Shown here in pieces: positions 58,201-64,000 of a DNA stretch of 64,000 nt; the first letter of the stretch is position 1; each line of letters opens with the position of its first letter. Both the position numbers and the translations under genes were made by a program. Source of the stretch: Veleropilina oligotropha. Lineage: Eukaryota. The notes beneath the pieces were generated by a model. The model saw only the letters and a list, made by a program, of their open reading frames with translations. It ran no database searches and was not told where the DNA came from. The stretch lies in NCBI GenBank assembly GCA_048128005.1, contig JBEUKZ010000076.1:1-64000 (forward strand), given 5' to 3'.

Positions 58201-61200
58201 CTTCAATATAATAAAATCAAGCCTTTTGAACAAGTTTCTTTTCGAACTTCGTAACTCCGTGAAAGAATCCATTTTATACATGCTATTGTTGTTACGAAAA
58301 AAACGCGTTCCTAAAATAAAGTTTTCAGCTCTGCCGAAGATCATGTGTAAAACTCGTGTTCAATATAAAAAATATTCCTTCCGTTATAACTGTGATATTT
58401 TAGCATAATTGGCATGATTATTGAAAAATACACAAAGTATGTTTGTGGCAAATACATCCATACCAATATACATTATATAAAATATTGAAGATATTCTGAC
58501 GCGCCCATTAGAATGAAATAATAATGCCTAGCAACCGTCACTCTCCAGGCAGAGAAATTAAGAATACTCGGTACAGTACGATAAAGGAATGACGTATCTG
58601 CGCAGGAGAATAATAGGAAGTCGAAGTAAGCACCAAAATTAGCCAAATAAGGATAATTGGATATTCATTTAACATGAAAATGTCAAAAGGGTAAACCGTT
58701 ACGACTATAAAATGAAATTAATGCAACATTTTCGAAACGATGGACGATTCCAAGACTTAACATATGCATTGATGTTTTGGCAGACGACATGTTCACAATT
58801 ATCTCCCTTGTCTTCGAGGGCGCTCCAAATCACAATAGTACACACAACTACGTAAGGTATAAATAATTCAGCCTGGGTGGGGAATACGGTAATTGTCGAA
58901 GGAACGTTAACCAATCAGATTGCAGTATTAAGAGCTAAAGTAAGATTTATAATAATGTTCAGCGCATTGAGACATTTGCGTAATAATGCGCTATATAATT
59001 AAGGCCGTTAAATTATTATTAATTATTATGATTTCATTATTCATTATTCTAATTATTAATGTTTTTAATAATAGTTCCACTTCAAAACTACATTTGTACA
59101 TACTCTTAATTGTAATCGTCATCATCATCATCATCTTTTTTTATCTGCAGCAAAACTGGTCTACGGCTCCCATCTCGTCCACTCTATCCTATCTCCTGCT
59201 CTGCGATTCGTTTCCACATATGGACGCTGGTGTGTTTGATCATCCAGCATACCCATACCTCTTGGTCTTTTCCCTTGGGTTCTACCGTCAATGGCATCTC
59301 TCATCAGTCCTCAATATAGGACCGATCATATTCTTCCACAGCAGGTAACACACCTACAATGGCCATTATCTCTTTACAGAAAACTTTCTCCATCCTTTCG
59401 CAAACCCACATTTCGAAGTAGTCACCCAAATGGAGTAGTCACATTAATATTATTTCATCTTCAACATAACAAATTGGTAAATGTCTTGGTAGGCTAAAAT
59501 TTAGTTTAAACTATAATATTTCAATTAAAATTTATAAAACTTACATTATACCTATAATGGAATATGGATACGAAGTATGGGACGGCAAGACTATACGAGA
59601 TAGCCATGCACCGTCTTCACCCGCCTGATGACAAAACAAATGTAATCATATTCAATCAGGTTCAACTATTTATTAAAGGCACACTCGTTTCAAACCACTT
59701 ACTGACTATCATATTGTTTTGAATTGAACATACATATATTGTTAAATGTACAGGGGGAGGATATCTTTAAGCTGTTACAACGTTAATCCAATCCCATTGT
59801 TACTTTTCGGCAATACAATATGTTTAAACATATTTTAGCACCCTTCGTCTGCCCGCGGAGAGCTTGTGGTGCTCTTCTTATGGACCAACACTAATGACCG
59901 TTACTATATATACAATTAACAGTCATTGCTGATTTTCAAATTGTTCCGGTTCTAAAATCCCCTATGTTCCCCTAGTCAGTGTAATTGAAGGCAATCATTT
60001 TGAATATATTTATTTTCAAAAAACGCTACCAGTCATCCATTAGGCGATGACTTTACACTCGTTGTAATAGTTACAGACGTTACCATTTTAAAGGGACACT
60101 TTATATCCTGAAACGCATCTCACGTTTTATAGTAGCTCCCATTGTTCGGTAATGATTTTACGCTTTTCTAAGTTGACTTGTCCATGTTTCTTGACATGAC
60201 AATTAAGTCGCGATCCTATCGCACGCTAGAGAAGGGATTCTATAAATAGTCACAGCCTCGTTCGAGAAAATATAACTGCAGTGATTTTCCTTGACTTCCA
60301 GGTATACCGTGCCCCTTTAAACTTGTAGCTCTAGAAGGGCGTGTTTCTTCCTGCTACTCGAGGCGCGTGTTTCCCCGCTTTCTGCAAATATGACTGGCTT
60401 TCAAGTGTGAACCATTACCGTTGCAAGTCCCAACTTAACAATACAGAAACCCTAGGCATTGTATTGTATGTACTGAATAATTGGCGTACTAGTGCAGAAC
60501 AGAATAACACCGACGAAAATCAGCGATGTTGAGTAATAACACTGACATTACTTCGACACACTGATGCAGCACAATACAATTCATAGAAACTATTGGGTAA
60601 TGTGAAAGTTCACTATATTACTGCTTGCATTGTAAAGTTATACGCAGTGTTGAAACTTTCATTCACCACACATACGATCGGCTCCTTGTACTGTGAAGAT
60701 GGAATTCTTATTGTAGGATAGCAAAGAAAATCATGGGTAAGTTTGTCGGATTAGTATATCATAAAAACTCCATAAAGATTATATCAGTAGAAGCGAATAA
60801 GGAAATAATTGCAGTTCTAGTCGCTACAATTCTGAAATATGTCTGAACCTTTGACCAAAGCTGGCAAAACACTTTCTATATGCAGCTATGAAGAATGATA
60901 ATAAATTATTTGTTCTTTATATTTTTGTTTGCAGTAATCATTGTTATTTCATTGAATTTAATTTTGTTATAAACATTTTGTTATATCGAGCTCTGCGTTT
61001 AAATGGTGATAATCATTTATAAAGTAAGTTGATGTTAATTTGGATATACGCAAATTTTAATATAAAGAAATATTATCAATATAAGCAAGATACATACTGT
61101 CATTTACAGGCAGAAAATGTTATATTTACTCCGATAATTATGTCATGTACCATTTTATATTAAACTTATTACAACAAACAATTGGCACAATACTCCAGTC

Positions 61201-61907
61201 AATCTAAAGCAAAAATGGGCCAAACCCACCACAAATTCGGATAGTAACGAGAGTGGTATCATTTTTTCAACAAATTGCTTCTAGTTTATGATATTAAAAA
61301 TCTACCAAAATCATAAAAGTGGAACAGTTCCATTTTTAAACAGGAATGCAAGCACAATTGAACGAAAAATGTACATTTATTTATCCACGTAATAGTAATA
61401 GAAATGCCTAAAAGTGTCTAAAATAATGCATGACGCCTGTATTTTTTTAATTTATTGTATATATGTTATTATATGACATTTTATGTCCATTAGACTTTCA
61501 CAATATTAAATATTTTACGTTATTTCGTGCATTTGACGTGTGAATTACGTGCAAATTCGTTTTTAATTTACCGGCCCTAGTCGAGTCAACATTAAATTTT
61601 GTTATCTCATTTGCCAGACTTGAATATTTTTCTAGCTATTCATCACACTTGGTATGTTAATGTTAACATAAATAAATATTGTGTGTGAAAAAACCCCTCT
61701 GGCATGTATCATTACGTACACATGATATTGGTACGAGGACGGTCACATTCACTTTCATTATATAGTCGATATTTCACGGACAGTTATCAACTGTCTCCAA
61801 CCCACGATTCCGTCAAATAGTTGGCAAAATCAACACACTCTTTAGTTTGAGGATAGTCATAGATACCTTCTATTATATGCCATGAAGTAACCCTAGTTCA
61901 TCGTCAT

Positions 61908-62096
<189 letters not shown>

Positions 62097-62197
62097 GTTG
62101 ATAACAATGACTTGTAGCACTTTAAGACTAACTTCATATATTAAAAGGAGCTAAAGCTTTCGTAAACAAAGTTACTTCTTCAGTAGCGTGAGCTCAC

Positions 62198-62235
62198 GCT
62201 ACTGAAGAAGTAACTTTATTTACGAAAGCTTTAGC
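62198..62235 (+). ncRNA. Minimal type I hammerhead ribozyme motif (mirror copy on minus at 62150-62187)
   Basis: GCUA-CUGAAGA-A-GUAA...UUAC-GAAA-GC-UU-UAGC: stem I, core, stem II, palindromic AGCU stem III. Confidence 0.62.
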
Positions 62236-62328
62236 TCCTTTTAATATATGAAGTTAGTCTTAAAGTGCTACAAGTCATTGTTATCAACATTATTTTGAAA
62301 ACGACTAACACGGCTACTGAACCTATTC

Positions 62329-62573
<245 letters not shown>

Positions 62574-62650
62574 ATTCAGCCGTGTTAGTCTATCAGATAA
62601 TACGAGTCAATTTGATGGTGGCACTTTAAAGACTAACTGGTTTATTCAAC

Positions 62651-62689
62651 ACTTTAGCTTTCGTGACATATAGTCATTTCATCAGAAGT
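62651..62689 (-). ncRNA. Minimal type I hammerhead ribozyme motif
   Basis: ACUU-CUGAUGA-A-AUGAC-UAUAU-GUCAC-GAAA-GC-UA-AAGU. Confidence 0.62.
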
Positions 62690-62813
62690 AAATAGTCACA
62701 GCCTCCTTCGAGAAAATATATCAAATTTGAGCTTCGGAATAGGTGACTATATGCCACGAAAGCTAACGTGTTGAATAAACCAGTTAGTCTTTAAAGTGCC
62801 GCCATCAAACTGA

Positions 62814-62912
<99 letters not shown>

Positions 62913-62956
62913 ATAGGAAACTTAAAATATAGTCCTTTGAATGTTCTTTTTATGTA

Positions 62957-62992
62957 GCAACTAGTTTCGTAACTCTTTGTCACTCATCAGGC
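62957..62992 (-). ncRNA. Minimal hammerhead ribozyme motif, stem I truncated
   Basis: GC-CUGAUGA-GUGAC-AAAGA-GUUAC-GAAA-CUAG-UU-GC with palindromic ACUAGU stem III. Confidence 0.6.
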
Positions 62993-63456
62993 ATATATAC
63001 ATAATAAACATTTTCTCAGACTATATAATACAGTTTACATCAATAGATGATAACAGGATTAAAAACGAAGCTGTGCACAAATTACGACAGGTTGCCGAGT
63101 GTCGTACGAACATTTGACGATCATCCAATTATTGTCGGCAACTGCTCGGCGATAATCGACAACCGGTTGCAGATTTGTCGACGATGTTCGTACGACGCTT
63201 GGCAATCTTTTGACGTTTACTAACAACCTCATGTCTAGGGGTATAAATACAGGCTGCCTAGAAGAATATCCCATTATTCCACAAACTGTTGAAGAGGCTA
63301 CAACAGCATGGGTCTTCCAATGCAACCACGACAGCTACAGACAATGGGATTTATGTTGCAACGGGAAGAAGGAGGTGCTGCTGCTGCATTAGCTCTTCTG
63401 GTGCTGATATACCGCAGAAGAATAAGGAAAAGACAAAGACAGTACTTGATGAGACC

Positions 63457-64000
63457 ATGAATTTCCAGAAGGCTCTTTTTAGGGACTATGAAAATCTCAT
63501 GGCTGAGCTGGAAAGAGAATCCCGGGGAGACTTTATTGCCTACCCTAGAATGGAGCCGGTCATGTTTCATGAGCTTATGCAGAGATTAACGCCCAGAAGG
63601 ACCAAGCTTGACATCAATTGGATAAATGCCTTGAAACCTGGACTCAAACTGGCAGTTACTTGTCGCTACCTTGCAACTGGAAATAGCTATCACAGCCTGG
63701 CCTTTGCTTTCAGAGTCGCTCACAACACTATCTCAGTCTTTGTCCGGGAAGTCTGTAAAGCAATTATTGAAGATTATGGCGATGAAATGGTGTCAATTCC
63801 TACCACATAAGATGGATTGCGGTAGTTGAGTGAGACTTTTGGTACCAGATAGAATTTCCACCAGGTGCCACCGATGGGAAACATATTGCAATTAAGTGCC
63901 GAAAGAACTACAAAGAATTCTTCTCCATCATTATCATGGCCCTGGTTGATACCGATTACAAGTTCATCTGGGTGGATATCGGCGCAAATAGATCAAAATT
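63457..64000 (+). pseudogene. Degraded PIF/Harbinger (HARBI1-like) transposase, runs off the window
   Basis: RMEPVMFHEL, KLAVTCRYLATGNSYHSLAFAFRVAHNTIS..VREVCKAI, then stops and frameshifts before DGKHIAI and ALVDTDYKFIWVDIG. Confidence 0.85.

Noticed and set aside
59625..59640. CTGATGA hammerhead-like core
   Set aside because: No stem II or GAAA follows
59677..60316. Possible TTAA-flanked (Kolobok-like) MITE
   Set aside because: TIR match is only about 8 bp and there are two alternative left ends (59677, 60092)
60717..60742. Possible start exon (ATG G|GTAAGT) of another gene
   Set aside because: No downstream exon or homology visible in the window

Overview
AT-rich, intron-containing eukaryotic (animal) DNA; the repeat families suggest a mollusc or other marine invertebrate (inference only). 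Host genes: (1) the 3' part of a + strand RCC1-repeat gene, 14 exons traced with consistent phase from 125 to 40098, ending in a C-terminal Cys/His motif (possibly claret/GLO-4-like); (2) two tandem paralogous secreted coiled-coil ORFs (45977-46534, 46769-47362). Each sits on its own splice-site-bounded exon, they appear to share one terminal exon at 48866, and if spliced together they are in frame across a single TAA. Most of the rest is transposon-derived: a full-length but frameshifted CR1/L2-group LINE with a 2A-like motif (8161-13589, minus); a structurally complete DIRS1-type tyrosine-recombinase retrotransposon (15386-25434) nested in a TIR element and itself carrying three insertions; an intact Sola-like DNA transposon (32503-37667); a 5'-truncated LINE with a snap-back inverted duplication and tail repeats at both ends (52922-55451); several Helentron-type non-autonomous elements, SINEs and MITEs; Penelope/Neptune-like pseudo-LTRs with minimal hammerhead ribozyme cores embedded in (TA)n (62092-62992); and a degraded PIF/Harbinger transposase at the right edge. 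All coordinates were read by eye and no database searches were run.
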